Shown one piece after another: positions 25,401 to 36,839 of a stretch of DNA of 64,000 nucleotides. Position numbers and translations under genes: made by a program. This DNA comes from Setoptus koraiensis (lineage: Eukaryota > Animalia > Arthropoda): the NCBI GenBank assembly GCA_048013815.1, contig CM106586.1, positions 3,906,001-3,970,000 on the forward strand, in the 5' to 3' direction. The notes beneath the pieces are model-generated. The model was not told the origin of the DNA, did not search any database, and worked only from the letters and a program-made list of their open reading frames with translations. Position 1 is the first letter of the stretch. Each line of letters starts with the position of its first letter.

Positions 25401-28400
25401 GGCTCTGTGGGGCCCGATTGTTATTATTTGCATTCGATTGTCTAATAAGTGACGGGCAGCGAAAGAATTGTTGCAATTGTGCCCGTTGCGTTGGCTTCTT
25501 GTCGCTATTGTTTTGGCAGTGTTGTTGTTGTTGTTGTTGTTGTGCCAACACTGTCATTGTCAGTGCTTAAGTGGGCCCCTCCGACCAACAGTAACCGTTG
25601 CGAGACAAGTGGCAGGCCGACAGCGCATTCATATCAAGTGCTCGTATCATGTTACATAATCAACTTAATTATGAGGTAATGCGATATCGGCTATCGACGG
25701 TGGTGGCTTCGATTGTTGTTGTTTGCTGAATCATTGCTCCGAAATGCGCCGCCTGTCCGAGCGCCACCAGCACAACGAGCACAGCGGGCACATTGAGCAC
25801 AATGGGCACAATGATGGCTCATTGTGTGCGGTCGCATATCGCGCATCTCGATTACATTTTGCTTGCTTGTGGCCGGCCGACAGCCAGCGAGCGGCGCAGG
25901 CCAACACACACAAATTATGCGCGCAGCCACTGTGTTGTGGTCGACTGTTTATTTATCTTGCGTAATCAGCCGCGACTGCTCATCATACTGCAGTCACACA
26001 GCTAATAAGATGAAACAATTATAACAATGATCACTGCTCGCCACTGTGAGCTCGCCTCTGTGAGCTCGCCTCTGTGAGCTCGCCAACATGAGCTCGCCAA
26101 TATGGGCTCGCCTATCAACGTGGGCCTAACTCACTTAGCCTCACTTAGTTTGTTATTGTTAAGTGTTGCGCTGGTTGCCGGCGCGAGCTTGTGTTTTTGC
26201 GGAGCCACAAACAATGCAAACAACCATCGTTCGCACAAATATCCGATCCGCCAGCCGCCAGCCGGCAGCCGGCAAGCGAGTGAGCGAGTGAGCGGGCCAA
26301 CACGCCAACAAGGAAGCTAACTCACAATCTGATTTGCGCTCACTTGCAGCGGTCAGCCTATTGCGCAATATGCGCACTGTGTGCAATATGGCTCTGCACA
26401 TCGCCACACAGCGCACACGTAACGTGCAGCAACGTGCCCGTGGCGACATGCAAATGTGTGTCGGCCTGCCACACAGTGTGTGCGCGCGTGTGTGTGTTGC
26501 GCGAGTCCGGACCGGAAGTGAAGCGAGCCTGATTGTGAGATGAACAATTGTAGCATTGTTGCTGTGCGAAATTTGCCCGCGCCAAAATTTGTGCAGATTT
26601 GTGTTGTTTGTGTGCCCAATTTGGAATTAAATCTCTGGGCTCCACTCCAGCGATAGGCGGCGATTTGTGCTCGCCTCTCGCACTATGTGCCGTTTTGCTT
26701 TGGCGCTATGTGCCGTTTTGCTTTTGAGCGGACGACGACAGCGCGCATGCATTGATCATCATTTGCTGCTGGCCGCTGCCTCGTCCATCGCAAAAGCACA
26801 AGTGCCTGTTACATAACCAGTTACCAGTTACGTAACCAACGCTGTATGAGAGCAACGGATCGCGATGATGCACATCGTGTGGACACCAGTGTGCCAACTC
26901 GCACACACCGGTGCACACAATCGAGTGGACAAACGGGTAGACAGACACGGAGACAGGGCTAGAGAAATTAGAAATTGTGTGACAAGTGAGCGCGAGAGCA
27001 GGCAATGGCTCAAACTGCAAGTGATTACGTAACTGGACGTGCACACAGTGTAGTGTTGGTGTCACACTTTGGCCGGTTCATCTCGCGTGTGTGTCTGTTC
27101 GCTTGGCTGGCTTCTGACTGGCCGGCTGCACCACTAGAGGCGCGACTGTCTCTCGATGGGCTCGAGTTTGTGATGTGGGCCCCCGCGACTTTCACGTTGT
27201 GCTTTCAAAGTGGCCCACATTGCGCAACAACAACAACAACTGCAGCAGCAACAACAACTGCAGCAGCAACAACAACTGCAGCAACAACAACAACAACAAC
27301 AACAACCACAGTGGATGCTGTTGCGTAACATTGCGCGAGACAACTGTCGCTGTTGTCGCTCGATCATACATGCTGAGTCAGTCGGCCAGTGACACGGGCA
27401 TTTGCATAAGCGTTGGCTGTCGTGAACAGGCTCACACATGCTCGATGTTGATCATCCTGGCTAATCTGATTATCTGACAAAGATGGATAGATGTCAGCGC
27501 GAAACGGCGCCCCTGCTGACCGTTCGCCATCTCGCCCATCCCGCTTCAATCCGCTCCGCTCCGAACCGCTCCAATCCGGCCCGGCTCATCAGCTGTTGGC
27601 CGCTGTGTCAAGTGGTGTGGTTTGTCGTGATGATTATCATCATTATCCCTGCTGGCCGGACACAAGACGAGCGTTACGATGTGACATTAGTGTGGTTGCA
27701 TGAGACTACAGCTATAATTTGTGAATATCCCAACCATCTCACAGATCGTTAACAATTGTATCTATTTGGCACACATTTACATTTGTGCCGACGGTGGCGC
27801 ATGGTGGCACAAAAAGTAGTTACGACACACAATTGATAGTTGAATCGTGTTTCTGTTTTGTGTTGTTGCCGTTGCTGTTGGTACAACAACTGCTGCAACA
27901 ACCACTGGTGTGACAACAACTTCTGGTGTGACAACAACCGCTGTAACAACAACGACAACAACGACAATCAGCTGATCACACAAACAACCTGATCGGTGGT
28001 CGCAACGATGACTTGTCAACCACATATCATCACATTGGCTCTATTTGGAACAGGTGAACAGTTTTATCGTTTGTTGTCGTCTCGTTGTGGTCGCCTGACC
28101 AACGTTCACGTGTCAATGGCCCGTTATGCCCGCTTATACCTGTACATGTTGATCAGCTGTGACATATGTATCTGTAGCTGATGTGTCAGGATTGTGTTTG
28201 CATAAGATGACGCGTGACTTACGTGTGATTTATGTACTTATCGGTATTGTCAACAACATTTGTGTTGGGTGCCTAATTAGAGATGAGACACGAGCGTTGT
28301 TGTTGTGCTCATTAGGCGCTTGTTAGCCTAGCCACTGTCCAGTAAAGCAGCATAGTCATACCATAAGTCACCATAGTCACCATAGAGATTACTCTAGAGT

Positions 28401-30520
28401 CTAGAGTCTAGATTGCACAGATTTGCAGTGTACACATAGTTTGGATAAATTGTGACAGGTGACATAATCTCATAATGCGCACACCTATTGTGCCCAGCAG
28501 CGAGATTGTTGGCTCGACCAAAACAAGTGATTGCATTTGTTTTGGCACGAGCCAACGGCCAACTGACAAACTTGTCAGCTAACTAAACAAATAAATCTCA
28601 CCAATGGCTGCTGCACTTGGCAAACAAGGTGACATTTGTATAAATACGTTAGGCATATTCACGGCGCCAGTTATGTGGTGAGCGCATTTGCTGGTATTTG
28701 GCATTCGCTTTGGCCAGCGATCGGTTTGGTGGCTCAAATAGCGGAAATTGCACAAATTGCGCAATCTCGGCAGCGGCCGAGATTGCCTAAATTTAATTGG
28801 CAATCATCGGTGAGTGATCACTAATTAGCTCGCCCTCTGGTATGCGCACGTGTAATCAGACACGGCACGCAATCAGATTGTGGCCACTTGCCGTAATTGC
28901 GACTGGCGTAAGCCTAGGTTACCTTTTGAGGTCAGTCTACACAGTTTCAACTTTGCTCACCGGGCGCCCTCATGGCTGCGACTCATCAAAACACAAAGCG
29001 ATGGCCGCTCTGCTTTTTATTATTTATATTTCATCTGCGTTTATATGAAATAAAATTTTACGTTTGCTCCAATTGGCGAGTGTGCAAACAAACTTGATAG
29101 ACTTTGTTTGTCCGTTCCACTTTTGGGGCCACTTTTGGGCCTTTTTTGGGCCGCTTTTCCGCTCAAAAGTGGTTGCATTGTCTCGTTGTTTTGTTTCGTT
29201 TTGCGCAGCACAGCGACCGCCAGCAGCATCGGTTGGGATGCAAAATGAACAGCGGCACAGCCACTGACGACATTATAATGGATATATTTACACTAGCGCC
29301 ATTATTATCTATTATTGTGTCCAGCGGCCGTGTTGCAACGGTAGCGCTGTCGTGGGGCCCCGACAGCGTGCCCCCATTACTATGTATGGGCACTGTGTGT
29401 CTGACAGAAGTAAATAGATATTTCGGCCATTCTTTTCAATTGTTTGGCTGGTTCGGTTTGGCCGTGTTCGTTTTGGCTGGTTTGTTTGTTCACTGGCTCG
29501 CTGGCTCGTTTGTCGGTTTGTTGTTTATTTGTTTGTCAGCTGAGCGGCGGCGGCTGCGGCCGTTGTCTGGTGCCCGTGTAGCTGACGGGCGGGCGCGGGG
29601 GGGGGGGGCAAGGCCAGACACTGACGGGCGGGGGCACACAAGCCAAATAGTGAACCACCAAAGGGGCACCTGACAGTGTCACTTGGCCACTTGGGCCCCC
29701 CCCCCCGTTCCCGCGCGCGCTCATGATGACGTAATAAGCTGCTCGACTGTTCGCCAACAGTCGAGTGAGCACACTGACAAGCTTAATTTTTTCTTTTTAT
29801 TTCCAATTTTGTTGTTGTTTCTATTTGGTTGTTTCATCACTTTTTACATGCTGGCTGTTTGGTGGCTATTTGCGACTCTGTCAAGGCGACTCCGTCAAGG
29901 CGACTTTGGCAAGGCCACTCTGGCAAGGCCACCAGAGGCGCTCGTCGCTGAGCCCCTCTGGAGACGGTCGGTCAGCGTTGGACAACAAGATTGCGCACAC
30001 AAATAGATTGTTTCGGCCGTACCTGTGCCCGCTCACCTGCCTTTGCCCGGCGAGCCAATCTGACAAACATGCAGCCATAACGGTATAGCGATAACGGTAT
30101 CAGGATAACGGTGCAATAATAAGGATAAGGATGAGCAGTGATATATGGCGATCAGGTGGCGCAAATGGAAATATTATTAAAAGTATTATGTGAGCAACGG
30201 GATAATAGAGGCGAGTCATTCTTTTATTTCTTTTCTTTGTTGGCCCCACTTGCGCTCGCTCGCCGGCTCAACAGCCCTTGCAGCGGCCACAGCCATTGGC
30301 GGGCCCCAGTTAGACCCTCGCCAATTTAAATTGCCCGGACACACGCTCAAATTTGGACAAATGGCGTCTTTTTTCCTATTATTTTCTATATCACATCTCA
30401 TCGCGTCGCGGTGCTCGTCGTCTTGGCCGGTGGTGCGGCCAAGGCAGCGGCGGAAACAATTTAAACGTACACGCACAACCAGCCCACACAAATCCCCCAT
30501 GCACCATTTTCCCCTCGCGC

Positions 30521-30590
30521 TGGCCCCGAACCAAGGCCTGGCCCCAAACCGAGACCTGGCCCCAAACCGAGTGTAGGCCCCAAACCGAAA
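30521..30590 (+). repeat. 18-nt tandem repeat x4 containing GGCCCC(A/G)AACC
   Basis: TGGCCCCAAACCGAGACC-type units read directly. Confidence 0.85.
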
Positions 30591-32432
30591 ACCGGTACAT
30601 ACATCCAGATATACGCCAGATATATATACCGGTATATATCCGGATAAGAAGAAGAGGGGCGAGAGATTAGAGCGAGAGATTGGTCTTGTTCATTTTCATT
30701 TGAGACGCTCACTCTCTTTTTCTTTTTCCGTTGCCAATCCCTCTTTGGGCGCTCTCTCGCTCTCAGCTTCTTTTTCGCTCTCTCTCTCTCTCTCTTTCGC
30801 GTTCTTTCTCGGCTTCGATCTCGCCCCCTCTCTCTGGCGCCCAAGGAAGCCCCCCATTGTATTGTCCGGCGACCCGCTACTCGGCCGGCCAGATATGCCG
30901 TCAGCGCCAGCATGCAATAATAACAATAACCGCTATCTATGGCCTGTTTGTGGTCGCCTCCATGGAGCCTTTGTTTGCCGTGTAAGCCCTTTCAGGTAGC
31001 TCACCTTTGTTGCTTTGTGCCCAAAAAGCGGCACGGGCGACCTCATGAGTGGGCCCCAAAGAAGCCCCACCAATCTCCAATTACTTTTGTGCCCGCTGCT
31101 GTTTTATTCTCTCGTCGTCGTTGTTGTTGTTGTTGTCGTTGTTGCTGTTGTTGCATTGGTTGTTGTTGTTGATGCAGCTCCCGCTGGCCGCTGCTGCCGC
31201 CGTTGTTATCGCACGCCCAACAAAAGTCGCCCCACGCATTGGTCAGGCCCAAAGCAGTCAATGGGGCGCATTTTTGTCTTGCTCTGGCTCTGCTGGGCAC
31301 AATCTGTCGTCTTTGTTTCGCTGCCCTTATGCTCGCCATTGGAATTGCACAGAAATACACAATTACGGCGATACAGAAATACACAAGTGCAGAAATACAG
31401 ATATAGAGAGATAGTTTTTAACACATTTGTCTAAATTGTTCCATCGCTTGTTTGGGCCCCAAATTGGCTCTGACTTGGTGTGTTCGTGTTAACTAAAACA
31501 GGCGCCGCTGTTTGTGTTATCATGGGGCGCTGTTGTTTTGGGGCGCAGCAACACAAAAATCAATCACTTCGCTGTTGTTGTGTCGATCTCATCATCAATC
31601 ATTCGGCGGGCCCATCATCGACAAATCGATCGAAGCCACACACCATCTCGCCGAACTATCGCCAGTCAGCTGGCGAACAGCCGGATCGGCCGGCCCGATT
31701 AGACCAGACAAGACCAGACGAGACTAGCCAAAACCAGCCAAAACCAGCCAAGACCAGCCAAGACTAGGCGCACGCTCAACACGATAAACAATTGTGCCAA
31801 AAAGTTGTCTTGGCACATTTTTGCTGGCAGTCAGCACAACAAGAGCCCAAATGTTCATCTAAATGTAGCCAGCGTAGAGCACATTCTTGCGTGAGATAAT
31901 TTAAATTTAACCACAATCCTTGGGGCCTCCACACCAACGATAATAACAATTGTTGTTTGGCAATAAGGCGCTCGCATTTCATTTAATCTCTATAAATGCA
32001 CCTACCCAAAAATGTCTTCCGTCGCCGGCTATTGGCCTGGCGGATTAATTGCAGCCGTAGTGTCGTAACAGCGACATTTGAACACAATGATCATGGTGCC
32101 ATTATTAGAAGAAACGGTGGCTCGCTTGCGATCGGCGCACGCCTGACTGAAGTTCCGGAAAAACTAATAATCTGCTTCGATTATTGCCTATTCTATCCTC
32201 AAATAAATGGCCCTCGTGACAGGCCTGCGGGCCTGTAGGTGTCGCTGGCGATAAGACCGGCGATAAGATTCATTTGAGTGGCGCCGTCACTTATATAACT
32301 TGTGCCTTTGCTTACCTCTCTGCTGCTGCCTGTGATGTATTAAACCGAGCATATAATTGAAATATCCTCTATAAATCTCTCTGTCTCTCTACCTTTTCTC
32401 TCGCTTGCCGTTGGCCCCAAACGGCCGCACAG

Positions 32433-32582
32433 ATCATTGCCAACTGCGCCATCTATGCCTGTTTCCATGTGCCTGGATTGTTCCTCAATGATTATGCGAG
32501 AAAAAATTGCCGAAAGTCTTTCTCTGATATCAAAACCTACACACAGGCCAAAATTCTAATGGATACCGAAGACGAGAAAATG
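32433..32582 (+). CDS. ADCY2: Adenylyl cyclase exon: TM6 and coiled coil (IIANCAIY...DTEDEKM)
   Basis: Acceptor GCACAG|ATC and donor ATG|GTTAGT; 150 nt; matches the AC TM6/helical-domain pattern. Not in the ORF track. Confidence 0.88.
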
Positions 32583-32828
32583 GTTAGTATTCACTCATGA
32601 ATAACAAACGAACGATGTCTCATGAATGTGAGTGTGTGTGAATAATGTGATTGCGTTCAGCCGACAACAACAGCCCAGCCAGCAACAGCCCAGCCAAAAC
32701 GGAAAATAACGGTAAATAACGGTAACAATAACGATCGAAGAAACCCTTTCTAACTCTTCTGATATCTACCCTTTTATAACGGTTTGCTTACGGGCGCCCC
32801 CAACCAATGGCGCACAAACAAACGCCAG

Positions 32829-32950
32829 ACGAAACTCATGGAGAGCGTCATACCGAAACATCTGAGCTCGCAAATGCGCGAGGATATTCTCAATCCCAAG
32901 AACAAGGGCATCTTTCATCAAATCTATTTAGACGCCTTCGACAACGTCAG
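32829..32950 (+). CDS. ADCY2: Adenylyl cyclase exon (TKLMESVIPKHL...FHQIY...DNVS)
   Basis: Acceptor GCCAG|ACG and donor CAG|GTGAGT (phase 2); homologous to ERLLLSVLPxHVA...FHKIY..HxNVS. Confidence 0.9.
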
Positions 32951-33520
32951 GTGAGTGGGCGCTTTTGTCGTGATTTACGACTGTTCCTCGTCGTTTCAAA
33001 TCAGCAGCAGCCCCGATGTTGACTGCACTGAATTTGTCACAGTGACATATCTTCTCTGTATGCAATGATGTAATGCTACGATGTAATGCGATAATTTAAT
33101 GCGATGATGCAATCGCCAACAGGCAGCCAACGAATGACGGTCATCAATTTTGGGGCCCCATTCAGCGAGAGCGCAATAAATTGTGTGCGTGTGTTTTGAG
33201 CAGTTGGGACAATTTGCATTTATGTGTCTTGGTAGTATGTTAATAACGGCGCTCGCCACTCGACACTCTCAATGAAATGATGGCCTCAATGAAATGATGG
33301 CATTGTGATGGAAAAAAGAACGTAATGCTACGAACGCTGAACGAAAGCGATGGCGATCAGATTAATTTTATTCAATAGATTCGTTCTCTCGATGATCGAC
33401 ACTCGATAGTCGAGGCCGATTTATCACACCAATTCCAATTCGTTTGTTGCGTCATGCTACAGCCGACAACTACAGTGGTCAGTAATATATGTAACGCCAG
33501 TCGACAGCTGTTGGCACACA

Positions 33521-33600
33521 TATCTGGGCACTTGTATCTGGGCACTTGTATCTGGGCACTAGTATCTGGGCACTTGTATCTGGGCACTTGTATCTGGGCA
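33521..33600 (+). repeat. 14-nt tandem repeat (TATCTGGGCACTTG) x5.7
   Basis: Read directly; one unit carries a T>A variant. Confidence 0.93.
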
Positions 33601-34435
33601 TCTATGCTAGGGGCTGTCAAATCGCTAGGCCGACTGCAATCGATTCGAGCGGACCGATCGGCCCCCAGATATACTCGGCGCGCGCATGATATGTGTATGG
33701 CTCACAGTGCTTGTTTAATTAGCGACATGGCATGGCGACAAATGTCGACATGCGGCCCAATTGAATATTTGCAATTATATTACATAATATTATTTTATAA
33801 TAGCGCGAGTGGCGCCTAATCAATTGAGATTTAATTGTGAATGTAAATCTGACTGCAACTGCAACTGCCCGGCCTCAGCCAACGCAAACCAGTGCGAACC
33901 AATACCCGGGGGACCGGCCAACGGTCATCACAGCCCGTTTATCTGCAGTGCGCCCCCAATTGGGGCCATCTCTTTTTGTATATCTGTTTTGGCGCATCGC
34001 TTGCATCGAGCAACACGAATGATTGAATACGCTCACTAACACTGGCTCACTCGTATTTTTATTCCCTATTCCTTTTTCTGGTTCCCCTTGCGGCACGCAC
34101 TCAAAATACAAATTCAACACAACACAAACTCAACAACACAAACTCAACACGACAAACAAACAAACAAATAATTACATTATCACTGCAACTTATGTCACGT
34201 CACGTCACTGGCATCACTTTTGGCCTGGTGGTGTCGCGCGACCTGGTTGCCAATTGATGCGACGGCGATGGCCGATGATGCGGTCACCGGCGCTCACCGG
34301 CGCTCACCGGCGCTCACCGGCGGATTGAAACGGCCGGGCACGGATAAGGGCACAAATAACAACACAATAAATAATATGATGCGCCCCAAATGTTGCCTGC
34401 CCCATCATGGATAAATGCGCTTATGGACACGACAG

Positions 34436-34547
34436 TATTTTATTTGCCGATATTGTTCATTTCACCAAGATCTCATCCACTTGTTCGGCCTTGTTGCTGG
34501 TGGAGACCCTCAATGAACTGTTTGGACGCTTCGACAAAGCCGCCGAC
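34436..34547 (+). CDS. ADCY2: Adenylyl cyclase C1a exon ([10 protein letters not shown]...LNELFGRFD)
   Basis: Acceptor GACAG|T and donor GAC|GTAAGT; contains the first metal-binding Asp (FAD). Confidence 0.95.
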
Positions 34548-35069
34548 GTAAGTTGCCCGCTCCCTTGCCGTCTCCCTCTCTTGCCGTCTCCCTCTCTTGG
34601 CGCTAGATGCGTCTAGATCGGGGATACTCCATTTAGATATTATCTTGTTTATGTTATACATACATGTGATATACATGCGCTCGCCAACTCATTGTGCCAG
34701 CTCAAGCCGCGGCTCCATCCAAGCGAGAGTGATTATTTAGAGTGGGGCCCCTATTCAAATGGCCACTCATATGGGCGCCTGTGAGACTTGCTAGCTTCTA
34801 GCAATCTGTACCGATGTACAATTGTACAATTGTACACTTTTCTCCATTGCTGGCATGGCTGGCATGGCTGGCATTTCTGGCATTTCTGGCATTTGCCTCT
34901 CCACGTGCGCCACGTGTTACGTATACGTATACGAGTATACGTATACGAGTATAAGTGTACAAGAGTGCGCGAGAGCACGAGCTCGAGTATAAACGGAATA
35001 TGATGATGATGATGATAAAACTACTTATTTCTCCTCTCGTTCGGGCCCCATGTTGCCTAAATCGCGCAG

Positions 35070-35124
35070 AAGAATCACTGCCTCAGGATCAAGATATTGG
35101 GCGATTGTTACTATTGTGTCAGCG
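35070..35124 (+). CDS. ADCY2: Adenylyl cyclase C1a exon ([18 protein letters not shown])
   Basis: Acceptor GCGCAG|AAG and donor GCG|GTAAGT; canonical KILGDCYYC with the second metal-binding Asp. Confidence 0.95.
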
Positions 35125-35606
35125 GTAAGTACCCACTAATGATTGCGGCCGGCTCGCTTTATCCGTTCCTCTGTATGTCTGGCTGTCTGTCTGTCTCGTT
35201 TGGCCCGAAGAACTGGCTGTCTGGAGCGGCTCACCAGCACCTGTGCGCAACCAACGGCATCCAGCGGCAACCAACGGCGACCGACGGCAACCTACGGCGA
35301 CCGACGGCAACCTACGGCAACTAGCGGCAACTAGCGGCAACTAGCAGCAACCAGCGGCAAAGAACTGGCATCCATCGAACCCTCTCATGACAGGGGATTC
35401 ACGCGATGAGGCCACTATTGAATAAACAACTGGCTGGTGAAAGGATTTATGGGGATAAATAGATAGAGCGACAAAGATAAGGCGCACACCGTTGGCGATA
35501 GATGTATGGAAATGGAGCAGCCATTTGTCTGCGCTGCATCGCACTGTTCCATTCGGCATTCTGCCCACCAATGATTTCGAATGCCGGGCAGCCGCCGGTG
35601 GGGCCC

Positions 35607-35716
35607 GCCGGCATTCAAAATCACTGGCACTGGCATTCGGAATCACTGACGCCGGCATTCAGAATCATTGGCGCCGGCATTCAGAATCATTGGCGCCGGC
35701 ATTCAAAATCACTGGC
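35607..35716 (+). repeat. 22-nt tandem repeat (GCCGGCATTCAGAATCATTGGC) x5
   Basis: Units start at 35607, 35629, 35651, 35673 and 35695. Confidence 0.9.
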
Positions 35717-35918
35717 ACTGGCGCTCGGATGGCTCCTCCAGCGCTGGCCTCCGCACGGCACCACAACGCGGCCCGCGCTGCCCGCTTGATCCAAAGATCC
35801 GGCCCGCTAAGCCAGTTAGTCTGACTTTGGTCGTTCAAGTGCGCTCGCCGGCTCCATGGCAATCAGCTGACTGGAAGATTGACATAATCCCTGTTGCGTT
35901 TTGTTGTTACATTGCGTG

Positions 35919-35920
<2 letters not shown>

Positions 35921-35962
<42 letters not shown>
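35921..35962 (+). repeat. (GT)21 microsatellite
   Basis: Read directly. Confidence 0.95.
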
Positions 35963-35965
<3 letters not shown>

Positions 35966-36286
35966 CAGCATTAAAATCCGGAGCGACCATTAAAAGTAAC
36001 AGACAAAAATGTTGATCCTCACAAATAGAGCTGGCAAGCCCGAGTTGCCGCTATCGAGGCGACAGATCAGCCAGACAGATAGATGCTATCAGTGACAGGG
36101 ATGAGCGAGTGCCTCAAAATTGTCGCAATTTTCAGCAAGCGAGCAGAAACGAGCGATTTGTTTGTAGCTTTATAATTGCAATTGTATAATTGTTGTTGTT
36201 GTTGTTGTTGTTTTCCCTCTCCGTTTGCTCTCACCCTCCCTATGTCTCCCTCTCTCTCCCTCTGGCTCTCGTTTATCACCCGGCAG

Positions 36287-36359
36287 GAATACCCGACATG
36301 AGCACAGAGCACGCAAAGCGTTCCGTCGAGATGGGCCTCGATATGATTGACATTTTAGG
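36287..36359 (+). CDS. ADCY2: Adenylyl cyclase C1a exon (GIPDMSTEHAKRSVEMGLDMIDIL)
   Basis: Pyrimidine tract with CGGCAG|GA acceptor and AGG|GTGAGT donor; HA..VEMGLDMI motif; phases fit neighbours. Confidence 0.93.
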
Positions 36360-36474
36360 GTGAGTTGAGCGCCACATCGAGCCAATGATAGTTGAATGTG
36401 TGCCCACCGGCGACCTCATTGACGATAAAAAAACCCTCTCTCTCTCTCTCTCTCTCTTTATTACTCAACGACAG

Positions 36475-36537
36475 TGATCTAGCACGAGATAATAGCCACG
36501 TAGATCTCAACATGCGCGTGGGAATACACAGCGGCAG
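36475..36537 (+). CDS. ADCY2: Adenylyl cyclase C1a exon (DLARDNSHVDLNMRVGIHSG)
   Basis: (CT)n tract with GACAG|T acceptor and CAG|GTAAGC donor; LNMRVGIHSG motif. Confidence 0.93.
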
Positions 36538-36839
36538 GTAAGCTAATTAGTGGTTGGCCGAGGGCCACTTCCGGTTGTTATCATATATCCGGCTATCAAA
36601 GTCCGGCACAATGTGTGCTTGTGTGCTAATTGATAATCGCTTGTTGTCTCATCAATCACCATCGCACAACAATCACAAACAACAATTTGTTATTGTTTGT
36701 CTACGCGACTTTGTCTATTGTCGCACAACCGACAATCGATGGCGCCCACATCGACAACATATACCCAAATTGTATTTGAATTGGCATCACCCTATTGACA
36801 ATATTGACAATATTGACAAATCACACACCCACACAACAG

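Noticed and set aside
28040-28470. ACAG|GTGA sites in intron 1 as recursive splice (ratchet) points
   Set aside because: They lack a strong upstream polypyrimidine tract and a full GTRAGT donor.
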